A stretch of DNA of 40,096 nt from contig JASFIG010000003.1 in NCBI GenBank assembly GCA_050122795.1, positions 1 through 40,096 on the forward strand. Reading direction: 5' to 3'. The stretch comes from Desulfobacterales bacterium. Its GTDB lineage: Bacteria; Desulfobacterota; Desulfobacteria; Desulfobacterales; JAHEIW01. The position numbers were made by a program, and so were the translations under genes. Shown here one piece after another: positions 1 through 8,049 of this stretch (its first letter is position 1; each line of letters starts with the position of its first letter). Under the pieces are notes generated by a model, which did no database searches, was not told where the DNA came from, and worked only from the letters and a program-made list of their open reading frames with translations.

Positions 1-252
1 AACCCTGAGGCCATCGCTGAAATCAAGTCTCTGATCGAATCGGATTCGGACAACCGGGTGTCGGATTTACACGTTTGGCGGGTAGGCACCCATCATTTGG
101 CGGCCATTGTATCCATCGTGACCCATTATCCGAAGACACCTGATCACTACAAAAAGCTGCTGGCCGATTATGATGAACTTGCCCATGTCACTGTCGAGGT
201 CAATGCATGTGAAAGCCGTCCCTGTCTGGTTGGGCCTGGACCAACGTCGTAA
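1..252 (+). CDS. C-terminal part of a CDF-family cation efflux transporter (DmeF-like); 5' end lies outside the window
   Basis: Frame is open from base 1. VSDLHVWRVG...LAHVTVEV is the typical CDF C-terminal dimerisation-domain signature. Confidence 0.8.
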   Translation, partial: NPEAIAEIKSLIESDSDNRVSDLHVWRVGTHHLAAIVSIVTHYPKTPDHYKKLLADYDELAHVTVEVNACESRPCLVGPGPTS

Positions 253-587
253 TTTATTGATGGGCCGGGGAGTTTTTCTTAAATTGAGCGCGGAATGAAA
301 TATCAGCGACTTCATCGTGCAAAAGTGCACGATTTCGCTGCTGATAATTCATTCCGCTATTATCAGGGGTTGGATGAAAAAACTGCCCGGCCCCTCAATT
401 TATTGACTGGCAAACCGATATTGCCGGCTTACGACTCGGAGAAAAAATGGAGGCGGCATGTTTCCGCAACATGCCGCAGGCATTGCAAACGGGGTACATT
501 TTCTCAAACCAAACGGGCAGAAACCATCCGGCAAATGAACAAAAAAATTAAACATTAACCATAGAATCCAAATAGGAGGATTAGACT

Positions 588-1199
588 ATGAAAGTACTGG
601 TTGTTTTTTATTCGACTTACGGGCATGTCTATCAAATGGCCGAGGCGGTTGCTGAAGGCGTAAAACAAGTAGCCGGCGCTGAAGTCGACATCCGGCGGGT
701 GCCGGAGACCTTGCCGACGGAGGTACTGGAGAAAATGGGCGCCGTCGACGCCCAAAAAGCATTTGCGCACATACCTGAATGCACAGTGGACGAGCTGGCA
801 CAGGCGGATGCCGTTATCTTCGGCACCCCGACCCGCTTTGGCAATATGTGTGGCCAAATGCGCCAATTTTTAGATGCCACCGGACAGCTATGGGCAAACG
901 GGTCACTGGTGGGCAAGGTCGGCAGTGTTTTTACCTGCAGCGCCACCCAGCACGGCGGACAGGAATCGACCATTTTGACCTTTCATGTCACCCTGCTGCA
1001 CCACGGTTTCGTGGTGGTGGGCCTGCCGTATGCATTTAAGGGCCAGATGCGAGATGATGAGATTACCGGAGGTTCTCCATACGGCGCCTCGACGATTGCC
1101 GCTGGGGATGGCTCGCGCATGCCCAGTGAAAACGAATTGGAGGGCGCCCGCTTCCAGGGCAAACACGTAGCCGAAATTGCGACGAAGCTAGCAAATTAA
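588..1199 (+). CDS. wrbA: NAD(P)H:quinone oxidoreductase WrbA
   Basis: [21 protein letters not shown] and GGSPYGA motifs; AGGAGG RBS upstream. Confidence 0.95.
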   Translation: MKVLVVFYSTYGHVYQMAEAVAEGVKQVAGAEVDIRRVPETLPTEVLEKMGAVDAQKAFAHIPECTVDELAQADAVIFGTPTRFGNMCGQMRQFLDATGQLWANGSLVGKVGSVFTCSATQHGGQESTILTFHVTLLHHGFVVVGLPYAFKGQMRDDEITGGSPYGASTIAAGDGSRMPSENELEGARFQGKHVAEIATKLAN

Positions 1200-1241
1200 G
1201 GGTTCCTAGTTTTATTGCAAACAAGCTTTTCTGAACACATC

Positions 1242-1317
1242 GTGGGAGCGGCTTCCAGCCGCGAATAAAGACCCAATACTCCCTTATCCGGAGATCGCGG
1301 CTTAAAGCCGCTCCCAC
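1242..1317. repeat. Inverted pair of REP-like palindromes (REPIN-like)
   Basis: GTGGGAGCGGCTTCCAGCCGCGA at 1242-1264 and its near reverse complement TCGCGGCTTAAAGCCGCTCCCAC at 1295-1317; same family recurs at 9774-9868. Confidence 0.8.
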
Positions 1318-1339
1318 CGTACAAATCGAGGTAAATCGC

Positions 1340-2203
1340 ATGAAGCATCAAGTGCGAAATGTGGCCCGGATCATCGAGCCTCGACCGGTGCTCGAAGGTG
1401 CCGGCGTGCGGCTCATCAGAAGCATTGCCACCGCCGAGCTGGATCATGTCGATCCATTTTTGCTGTTTGATCATTTTGGATCCAGCAACCCCGAAGATTA
1501 CATCAAGGGGTTTCCCATGCATCCACATCGCGGCATTGAAACCGTCACATACATGATACATGGTAAAGTAAAGCATAAAGACAGTATCGGTAATTCCGGA
1601 AGCATAACTGACGGCGATGTCCAGTGGATGACATCCGGCCGGGGGATTCTGCACGAAGAAATGCCCCAGCAAATTGAAGGTGAAATGAAGGGCTTTCAGC
1701 TGTGGGTCAACCTTCCGGCCAGACTCAAAATGACCGCTCCGCGCTACCAGAATATTACATCCGATCAAATACCGGAAGTTCAACAGGATGGTGGCGTCAT
1801 CATCCGGGTTATCGCCGGTGAAGTCGACGGTACCAGCGGTCCGGTAAAAGAGATTGTCGCCGATCCGATCTATCTGGATGTATCCGTTCCCCCAAACACC
1901 TATTATTCACAGGGGGTGGCCAGCAATCACGCCGCTATCGCCTATGTCTTCGAGGGTGGCGGCGATTTTGGCGCAAACGGCAGCTCACGGGAATCCGTGG
2001 TTGGACATCCACGCATGATTGTCTTTGGTGGCGGGGATCTGGTATCGGTCCGCGCAGAAGACCAAGGTGCGCGCTTTCTGCTAATCGCAGGTAAGCCCTT
2101 GAATGAACCCATCGCTCGCTATGGGCCGTTTGTGATGAATACCCAGGCGGAGATTGAGCAGACCCTGGACGATCTGAGAAAGGGAAATTTTATTCGGAAT
2201 TGA
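1340..2203 (+). CDS. Pirin family protein
   Basis: EGAGV, DPFLLFDHF, GFPMHPHRGIETVTY, WMTSGRGILHEE, FQLWVNLP and YGPFVMN motifs. Confidence 0.95.
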   Translation: MKHQVRNVARIIEPRPVLEGAGVRLIRSIATAELDHVDPFLLFDHFGSSNPEDYIKGFPMHPHRGIETVTYMIHGKVKHKDSIGNSGSITDGDVQWMTSGRGILHEEMPQQIEGEMKGFQLWVNLPARLKMTAPRYQNITSDQIPEVQQDGGVIIRVIAGEVDGTSGPVKEIVADPIYLDVSVPPNTYYSQGVASNHAAIAYVFEGGGDFGANGSSRESVVGHPRMIVFGGGDLVSVRAEDQGARFLLIAGKPLNEPIARYGPFVMNTQAEIEQTLDDLRKGNFIRN

Positions 2204-2313
2204 CTTCCATGTCATCATCTTTTACCGCTGTCTTGAAGCCAATTCCTATTAGAAGTCGTTTCAAAACCATTTATTATAATAAAATCCTTGGCAAATGCGT
2301 GGAGACCTGCTTA

Positions 2314-2808
2314 ATGATCTATCGCAAAACGATAAAAGAACTTATCATTCTGGTGGGTGTTTCGGTAATACTGGCGCTGGCGGTTAACCACCTGTCGCCC
2401 AGAGGTATTGCCCTGGTGGGACAGTGGGAAACGGCAAAAGGCGTTATGACAGCCGACGCCATGGATGATGATAAATATCGCATTGCAGAAATCGACCGGG
2501 TGACCGATGCCGCAAAAATATTTTACGATGATGATACCCTTTTTGTGGACGCACGCTCGACTGAGGATTATGAAAGCGGCCACATCCCGGGAGCCGTATC
2601 ATTGCCGGTGGGCCAATTTGATGAACGGATTGAAGTGTTCATGAAACAGGTCCCGCTGGATCAGCCCATCGTTACCTATTGCTCGGGCCGAACATGCGAA
2701 GACAGCCATCAACTGGCCCGGTTGCTCATGGAGGCCGGGTTCAGTGAGGTGCGGATTTTTATTGACGGTTTTCCAGGCTGGCAGGCGGAGGGATATCCGA
2801 TTGATTAA
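2314..2808 (+). CDS. Membrane-anchored rhodanese-like domain protein (CxxxxC loop)
   Basis: N-terminal hydrophobic helix, FVDAR, GHIPGA, IVTYCSGRTCEDS, GFPGW. Start moved to ATG 2314 because GGAG lies at 2301-2304. Confidence 0.85.
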   Translation: MIYRKTIKELIILVGVSVILALAVNHLSPRGIALVGQWETAKGVMTADAMDDDKYRIAEIDRVTDAAKIFYDDDTLFVDARSTEDYESGHIPGAVSLPVGQFDERIEVFMKQVPLDQPIVTYCSGRTCEDSHQLARLLMEAGFSEVRIFIDGFPGWQAEGYPID

Positions 2809-3295
2809 CTTGCGACAGGCCATTATCAATAATAGCTGGATCGAACTGGTGGCCCGCTGGATTCTTGGATTGACATTCATATACGCCAGCTTCCACAAAA
2901 TCCTGGCACCGGGGGAGTTTGCCAGAATTGTTTACGGTTATGACCTGTTCCCACATGTTTTCATCAATCTGATCGCCATCATTATTCCGTTTATGGAGCT
3001 GGTTGCCGGATTAGCCCTGATCATTGGGATTTATCCGCGCTCAGCGGCCATTATCATTAATATAATGCTGCTGGCCTTTGTGGCAGCCTTAACGATCAAC
3101 ATCATTCGCGGCCGCGAATTTGATTGCGGCTGTTTTTCTGTTGGTCAGAGCGGATATACCGGCTCATCCGAAGTGACCGTGTTGCGCGACATTCTCTATT
3201 TTCTGTGTGGGATGCTGGTGATATTGTTTGAAGGCAGTCGCAGAGGCTGCCTTGGCCGCCGCTGTTCTTCGAATTCGTCCAATCCTCTATTATAG
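2801..3295 (+). CDS. MauE/DoxX family redox-associated membrane protein
   Basis: About four hydrophobic segments, P..ELVAGLALIIG and DCGCF motifs. In-frame TTG at 2801 overlaps the upstream stop; start is uncertain. Confidence 0.8.
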   Translation: MINLRQAIINNSWIELVARWILGLTFIYASFHKILAPGEFARIVYGYDLFPHVFINLIAIIIPFMELVAGLALIIGIYPRSAAIIINIMLLAFVAALTINIIRGREFDCGCFSVGQSGYTGSSEVTVLRDILYFLCGMLVILFEGSRRGCLGRRCSSNSSNPLL

Positions 3296-3308
3296 TTGGG
3301 AAACATAG

Positions 3309-3515
3309 ATGGCAGACCTGATTTGTTACTGTTTTGAATACACCGCAGAAGACATCCGGCAGGATTGGCTTGAACACGGGCGCTCGACGATTGTTGAAAA
3401 AATCGCAGCGCAAAAGAAAATGGGAAACTGTGAGTGCACCACCAAAAATATCAGCAGCAGGTGATGCTTATCTGACGTCCGCCAGGTGGTGGATCAGATA
3501 AAAAATTCTTGCTAA
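3309..3515 (+). CDS. Small BFD-like (2Fe-2S)-binding selenoprotein, 68 aa, Sec at residue 52; missing from the ORF track
   Basis: Translation with TGA 3462-3464 read through: MADLICYCFEYTAEDIRQDWLEHGRSTIVEKIAAQKKMGNCECTTKNISSR-U-CLSDVRQVVDQIKNSC*. Pattern ICYCF...CxC..KN.S.R(C/U)C matches the CopZ-associated/BFD-like 2Fe-2S domain. Strong SECIS-like hairpin and a downstream terminator. Confidence 0.85.
3468..3501 (+). promoter_or_regulatory. Bacterial SECIS-like hairpin
   Basis: TTATCTGA-cg-TCCGCC-aggt-GGTGGA-TCAGATAA: 8-bp lower stem, 2-nt bulge, 6-bp upper stem, AGGU loop starting 19 nt after the UGA. Confidence 0.75.
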
Positions 3516-3541
3516 ATTCGACAGCTTCGAATTTCTCAGAT

Positions 3542-3583
3542 AGCAGGCAAGGGAAGTGCTTGATCTCCTTTGCCTGTTTTTTT
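3542..3583 (+). terminator. Rho-independent terminator after the small selenoprotein gene
   Basis: AGCAGGCAAGGGA pairs with TCCTTTGCCTGTT (two G-U pairs), followed by a T run. Confidence 0.7.
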
Positions 3584-3584
3584 G

Positions 3585-3631
3585 TTGACAAAAAATATAC
3601 AGTCCCTCATATTCAATAAATCAATTGAATA
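3585..3631 (+). promoter_or_regulatory. Sigma70-like promoter with overlapping ArsR-type operator palindrome
   Basis: TTGACA 3585-3590, 17 nt, CATATT 3608-3613; inverted repeat TATTCAAT-N6-ATTGAATA at 3610-3631 just upstream of the ArsR-rhodanese gene. Confidence 0.65.
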
Positions 3632-3647
3632 CTATAAAGGTGTCAAA

Positions 3648-4325
3648 ATGAAGAATCCAAATCGCGCATTTAAAGATTCCATCTATGAGCAATTTGCTCG
3701 CATCGGCAAGGCGGTTTCCAGCCCCAGGCGTTTGGAACTCCTTGACCTCCTTTGCCAGGGACCTCGAACAGTGGAAGTGTTGGCCAACGAGTCCGGTTTG
3801 ACCATCGCTAATGCCTCCCAGCATCTTCAGGTTTTGCGAGCTGCCCGGCTGGTGGAGGCCGACAAAGATGGCCTGTATGTCATTTATCGGCTTGCCGATC
3901 AGCAAGTTTGCGAGTTTTTCCGGTCTATGCGGTTGCTGGCTGAGAGCCGCCTGGCCGAAGTGGAACAAATCAAAAGTCGTTTCCTGGATGGCAGAGAAGG
4001 AATGATGCCGGTAGACCGTAAAAAGCTTCTAAAACTTGTGCGCGAAGATGCAGTGACCGTTTTGGATGTGCGCCCGTCGGTAGAATACAATGCCGGGCAT
4101 ATTGCCGGCGCTCTATCTATTCCGCTCAAAGAGTTGCAGCAGCGTTTGTCGGATTTACCGCGCCATCAGGAAATCGTGGCCTATTGCCGCGGACCGTATT
4201 GTGTTCTTTCGGTTATGGCAGTGGAAATTCTTCGTTCGCGTGGATTCAAGGCTGTTCGACTTGAAGAAAGTATTCAGGATTTCCGCGCCCTGGGGTTTCC
4301 GATCATTGGAAACGAAAAGGTCTAA
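3648..4325 (+). CDS. ArsR/SmtB-family regulator fused to a rhodanese domain
   Basis: KAVSSPRRLELLDLL, ANASQHLQVLR (winged HTH); VLDVRP, GHIAGA, VAYCRGPYC (rhodanese). Start set at ATG 3648, downstream of the promoter. Confidence 0.9.
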   Translation: MKNPNRAFKDSIYEQFARIGKAVSSPRRLELLDLLCQGPRTVEVLANESGLTIANASQHLQVLRAARLVEADKDGLYVIYRLADQQVCEFFRSMRLLAESRLAEVEQIKSRFLDGREGMMPVDRKKLLKLVREDAVTVLDVRPSVEYNAGHIAGALSIPLKELQQRLSDLPRHQEIVAYCRGPYCVLSVMAVEILRSRGFKAVRLEESIQDFRALGFPIIGNEKV

Positions 4326-4413
4326 GTTCATTTTGCATAGCGAACAAAACACAGCGGGTGAAAAAATAAACCTCTAAACAGATGATTCAATAGGGCAAAC
4401 GGAAAGCCGGGCG

Positions 4414-6150
4414 ATGAGCCGTTTGAAAAAAAATTTGTTGGTGCTGGCAGCTGTATTGCTGACCGTTGGTTATCTCTGGCAGGTCAATCGAGAGGTTGCT
4501 CCCCAAACAGCCACCTGGCAGGATGTGCTGGCGGAAGCCAGTCAAGGCGGTTATCAGTTGATAACCACCGATGATTTAGCCAGCAAGTATAAGGTAAAAC
4601 CGGATTCTATCCTTCTGGTCGATACGCGCCAGGAGTGGGAATACCGCACCGGCCATATAAAAAAAGCCGTAAATTTTCCGATGGAGCCGACCTGGCTGTC
4701 ACGCTGGCGCAACAAAGGTGCCCTCGAAAAATTACTGGGCTCGGACAAAAATCGTTTCATTGTATTTTACTGAGCAGGGCTGGCGTGAGCCCGTAGCGAC
4801 TCGGCGGCCCGGGTGGCCGTAAAGCTTGGTTATCAATATATCTTTCGTGACCCCATGGGCTATCCGGAATGGCATGCCCGGGGGTTGCCGGTTGACAGCT
4901 CCGCGGCCGGTCTTTCTGAAACATCGCTGACCCCCCAACAGTCAAAACCGTTACACGGCTGGGCAATGATCTGGACGCTTTTAGGAATCTTTGCCGGCGG
5001 AATCGCCCTGAACCTGACGCCCTGCATCTACCCATTAATTCCGATTACGGTTTCCTATTTCGGCAGCCAGCGCGCTGGAAGCCAGCGAACGCTCTTCATC
5101 CATGGCGCTTGCTATATCGGAGGGCTGGCAATCACCAACTCTGTGCTTGGCGTGGTAGCAGCGCTGACCGGCGGAATGTTTGGCAGTTTGCTGCAACATC
5201 CGATCGTGCTCGCTGCGGTGGCGGCAGTCCTGGTTATTTTTGCCACCAGTCTCTTTGGCCTCTGGGAAATCCGTCTTCCCTATGCGTTGTCGCAGGCGGC
5301 TTCAAAGACCTATACCGGTTATTTAGGCAGTCTTTTCATGGGACTGACATTGGGCGTGGTTGCTTCTGCGTGTATGGGTCCATTTATCTTAGGCCTGTTA
5401 ACCTGGGTGGCGACGATTGGAAACCTGTGGATCGCATTTTTAATCTTTTTTACGTTGAGCCTGGGTCTTGGCCTCCCCCTCTTTTTGCTGGCGCTGTTTT
5501 CCGGACAGCTGAGCAAACTTCCTCGTTCCGGTGAATGGATGCTGTGGGTTAAAAAGCTGCTCGGCTGGATTTTAGTGGGCATGGGCGTTTATTTTATTCA
5601 GCCGCTATTGCCTGAAACCGCGAGAACTTTCTTGCTGGCCAGCGTGGCTCTGGCAGCGGCATTGCACCTGGGGTGGATAAATCTCAGCCGCGCCGAGTTT
5701 CGTGGATTCGAGTGGATGCGAATCGCGGCTGCAACCGTGGGACTCATCATCGCTACGCTTCTAATCGGGTCATGGGTGCTTCGCGGTCCCGGTGTGGCCT
5801 GGCTATCCTACTCAGAAACATTGCTGGTGGAAGCCCGGCGATTAAAAAAACCGGTGGTGCTTGACTTTTATGCCGACTGGTGCGCCCCCTGCCGTGCACT
5901 GGATAGCGTCACTTTTCATGATCCTGAAATCGTCAAACAGGCAAAAAAAGATTTTGTCATGATCAAGATTGATCTCACCCGCAGAGGCAATCCACTGCAT
6001 GAAAACCTTTTACGCCAATACCGTGTGAAAGGGGTTCCCACCGTCGTATTCCTGGACCGTCAGGGAAAGGAACGAAATGATTTACGTCTGGTAGATTTTT
6101 TACCTGCCGATCAATTTCTTGCACGCATGGCGGCGATTAAAAGCAACTAG
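4414..6150 (+). CDS. Rhodanese / DsbD-transmembrane / thioredoxin fusion selenoprotein with two Sec (U120, U125), 578 aa
   Basis: ORFs 4414-4773 and 4813-6150 are in the same frame. Read-through gives IVFY-U-AGLA-U-ARSDSAARVAVKLGY, the rhodanese CxxxxC loop. DsbD-like TM domain (NLTPCIYP, ASACMGP) and C-terminal DFYADWCAPC thioredoxin. Confidence 0.85.
4804..4820 (+). promoter_or_regulatory. SECIS-like hairpin downstream of the two UGAs
   Basis: GCGGCC-cgggt-GGCCGT; loop starts 21 nt after the second UGA and 36 nt after the first. Confidence 0.5.
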
Positions 6151-6236
6151 CGGCTATTACCGCTGTATCAAAGTAACTGAGATTCCGGAAACGACGGACA
6201 ACGTACAACTGACGACAAACCCCAATGGAGGCAATT

Positions 6237-6509
6237 ATGTTGAAGGTTAGATTTTTTATGAACCTGCCCAACGGCAGGCCGCGAAAGCACTTTAAGAAAA
6301 TGATGCCCAGGTTGGGCGCAAAATTTGATATCGAGATAGAATCGATCGAAAAACCAAAAGACGAATATATGACCGACGAATATTTTGAGCTTGATCTACC
6401 GGTGGCTCCGGCAGTGATGGTGGGCGATGAAATAATCGTTGAAGGATCCGATATTCGTAGGGGAAAATTGGAACGAGCAATCAGCCGTCATCTGGAATCT
6501 TTGACATAG
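6237..6509 (+). CDS. Small thioredoxin/glutaredoxin-fold protein with no Cys or Sec (possible de-selenised homolog)
   Basis: GGAGG RBS before ATG 6237; cis-Pro-type PVAPAVMVGDEIIVEG motif; NLPNGRPR at the position of the redox motif. Confidence 0.7.
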   Translation: MLKVRFFMNLPNGRPRKHFKKMMPRLGAKFDIEIESIEKPKDEYMTDEYFELDLPVAPAVMVGDEIIVEGSDIRRGKLERAISRHLESLT

Positions 6510-7023
6510 GGAATGGTGGCTGAGCGCTTAACCCGGCCCGCATCATCTGACGGACCACCAGATGATGAAACGGGCGAATCAGGTTAAAGTACACCGGTCC
6601 GGTCCAGTGTTTGTAATGCACGATCGTGGCCACATGAAAACGCCGGCGGTTTTCTGCTAAGTGCTCTAGGACAACTCCAAAATAGGCCTTCAGGTGCTTA
6701 TCTTCGGGTGTTTCGCCGACCCAATAGTGTTCTTCTTTAGCAAGCCGCACGGTGAAAAAAGTCACTGCATCACCCGGCACAAAGGACACATCTTCAGCCC
6801 GCAAATTGGGCAAAACTTCTGGCGCCTCATGCTCGACCAGCCCCAGGATCTTAACCAGCACAGTCCGAAACCGATAGAGCCCCACAATCCACCAGGGATA
6901 ATATGACAACATTGCGGCGATAAACTGGCGCAGCGGTGTCGGGCCTTCCACGGCCTTGATATCAACATAATCGGATCGCTCAAACAGTGGGGCCATCTCC
7001 GGAATGTCATCAATCAAGTTCAT
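6481..7023 (-). CDS. DUF2867-like domain protein
   Basis: DYVD..., EDKHL, VHYKHWTGPVYFNLIRPFHHLVV; ATGA overlap with the upstream gene. Confidence 0.75.
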   Translation of the reverse strand: MNLIDDIPEMAPLFERSDYVDIKAVEGPTPLRQFIAAMLSYYPWWIVGLYRFRTVLVKILGLVEHEAPEVLPNLRAEDVSFVPGDAVTFFTVRLAKEEHYWVGETPEDKHLKAYFGVVLEHLAENRRRFHVATIVHYKHWTGPVYFNLIRPFHHLVVRQMMRAGLSAQPPFPMSKIPDDG

Positions 7024-7349
7024 TTGGGTGGCAGGGTTTTGACAAAATTCTTAGCCTGATTTAGCCAGGATTTGAGTTGGTCTTCGCTTTTAAAGGCGCC
7101 CTCTTCTATCATCACCCAGCCCTTCATAGGTTTGCCGGTGATATCAAACGGCCGGGTATGCGCTTTTTTCAGCGCTTCGCTGGATGCCTTTTCCCCTAAT
7201 CGTAAGATAAGATAATCTTTGTATACCCCGCAGACCATATTCCCGCTTAGCAAATGACAGACGCCGCCGAACATTTTTTTGGCATCCGTATTTTTCCAGC
7301 GGCTGACAATCTTTGCGATGCGGGCATCTATCTTTTCATTGTAGGGCAT
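7020..7349 (-). CDS. TfoX/Sxy N-terminal domain protein
   Basis: KKMFGG...GNMVCGV...RPFDITGKPMKGWV; start MPYNE with AAGGA upstream. Confidence 0.85.
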   Translation of the reverse strand: MPYNEKIDARIAKIVSRWKNTDAKKMFGGVCHLLSGNMVCGVYKDYLILRLGEKASSEALKKAHTRPFDITGKPMKGWVMIEEGAFKSEDQLKSWLNQAKNFVKTLPPK

Positions 7350-7365
7350 GGGTCTTTCCTTTCGT

Positions 7366-7791
7366 CTAATCCACGGTTGGTGCCATTTGCATGCCCGGTG
7401 CGTCTGTTGGGCGCTCCTGAAAACCAAATTTTTTATAAAAAGGACTTTTCCCTCGGGCGGCAAACAACCAGATAACCCGAATTCCCTTGGAGCGGCAATG
7501 CTCGATCAATTTAGCGAGCAGGGCGCTGCCGATGCCCTGGCCCTGGCAGTTGGGATTGACAATCAGATCACAGATCAGGGCATACAAAATGCCGTCGGAA
7601 ATGATGCGCCCAAAGCCGACCAGACGGTCATTCTCGTAAGCCGACATCACATACCAGCTGTCGGATATGGCCTGATAAAGTTCCCGCGGACTGGCTTGAT
7701 AGGATATGTTCCAGCCGGTGGTTTCAAACAGCTTGCCGTAATCGCTGGCCGGAGGCGATTGCGCATAATAGGCAATTGTAGACTTGCTCAT
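7366..7791 (-). CDS. GNAT family N-acetyltransferase
   Basis: LVGFGR, ICDLIVNPNCQGQGIGSAL (acetyl-CoA loop), FYKKFGF; start uncertain (7791 or 7839). Confidence 0.9.
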   Translation of the reverse strand: MSKSTIAYYAQSPPASDYGKLFETTGWNISYQASPRELYQAISDSWYVMSAYENDRLVGFGRIISDGILYALICDLIVNPNCQGQGIGSALLAKLIEHCRSKGIRVIWLFAARGKSPFYKKFGFQERPTDAPGMQMAPTVD

Positions 7792-8049
7792 GATGTTAGG
7801 CCTTTTTATAATTTCGTATCTCGGAACGTTTTTTGACAACCACGACTAACGGCATGTTGGCAGATACCATATTAGACAAATGAATCATTTTCAATAGCAT
7901 TGATATGGCCGGAATACATTCCGTGTCGCGGCAAACGCAAGGCAGGTAAAAAAATCAAATGATGTTCTTGGAAGAAGACAAACGTCCGTCACTCAAAATC
8001 TGGCAAAAAGGTTTTAATCCCTGGCAATAGGACCGGTCGAGCCAGATCT

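Noticed and set aside
295-558. 87-aa ORF upstream of wrbA
   Set aside because: No RBS or recognisable motif; looks like promoter/intergenic sequence.
2201-2203. Other TGA stops (pirin, obgE, phnH, phoB, phoU) as Sec codons
   Set aside because: The proteins are already complete at these stops and no Cys motif is interrupted.
4392-4413. AGGGCAAACGGAAAG, resembling the start of a c-di-GMP-I riboswitch
   Set aside because: No complete P2 stem, no P3 and no 3' GGGUUGCC; it runs straight into the start codon.
4771-4788. Reading the UGA-split genes (also 3462 and 15533) as pseudogenes
   Set aside because: All four stops are TGA, all fall at Cys-equivalent motif positions, frames stay intact, and hairpins follow. 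Sec is the more economical explanation, although the Sec machinery is not visible in this window.
7348-7836. 162-aa plus-strand ORF
   Set aside because: Antisense shadow of the GNAT gene.
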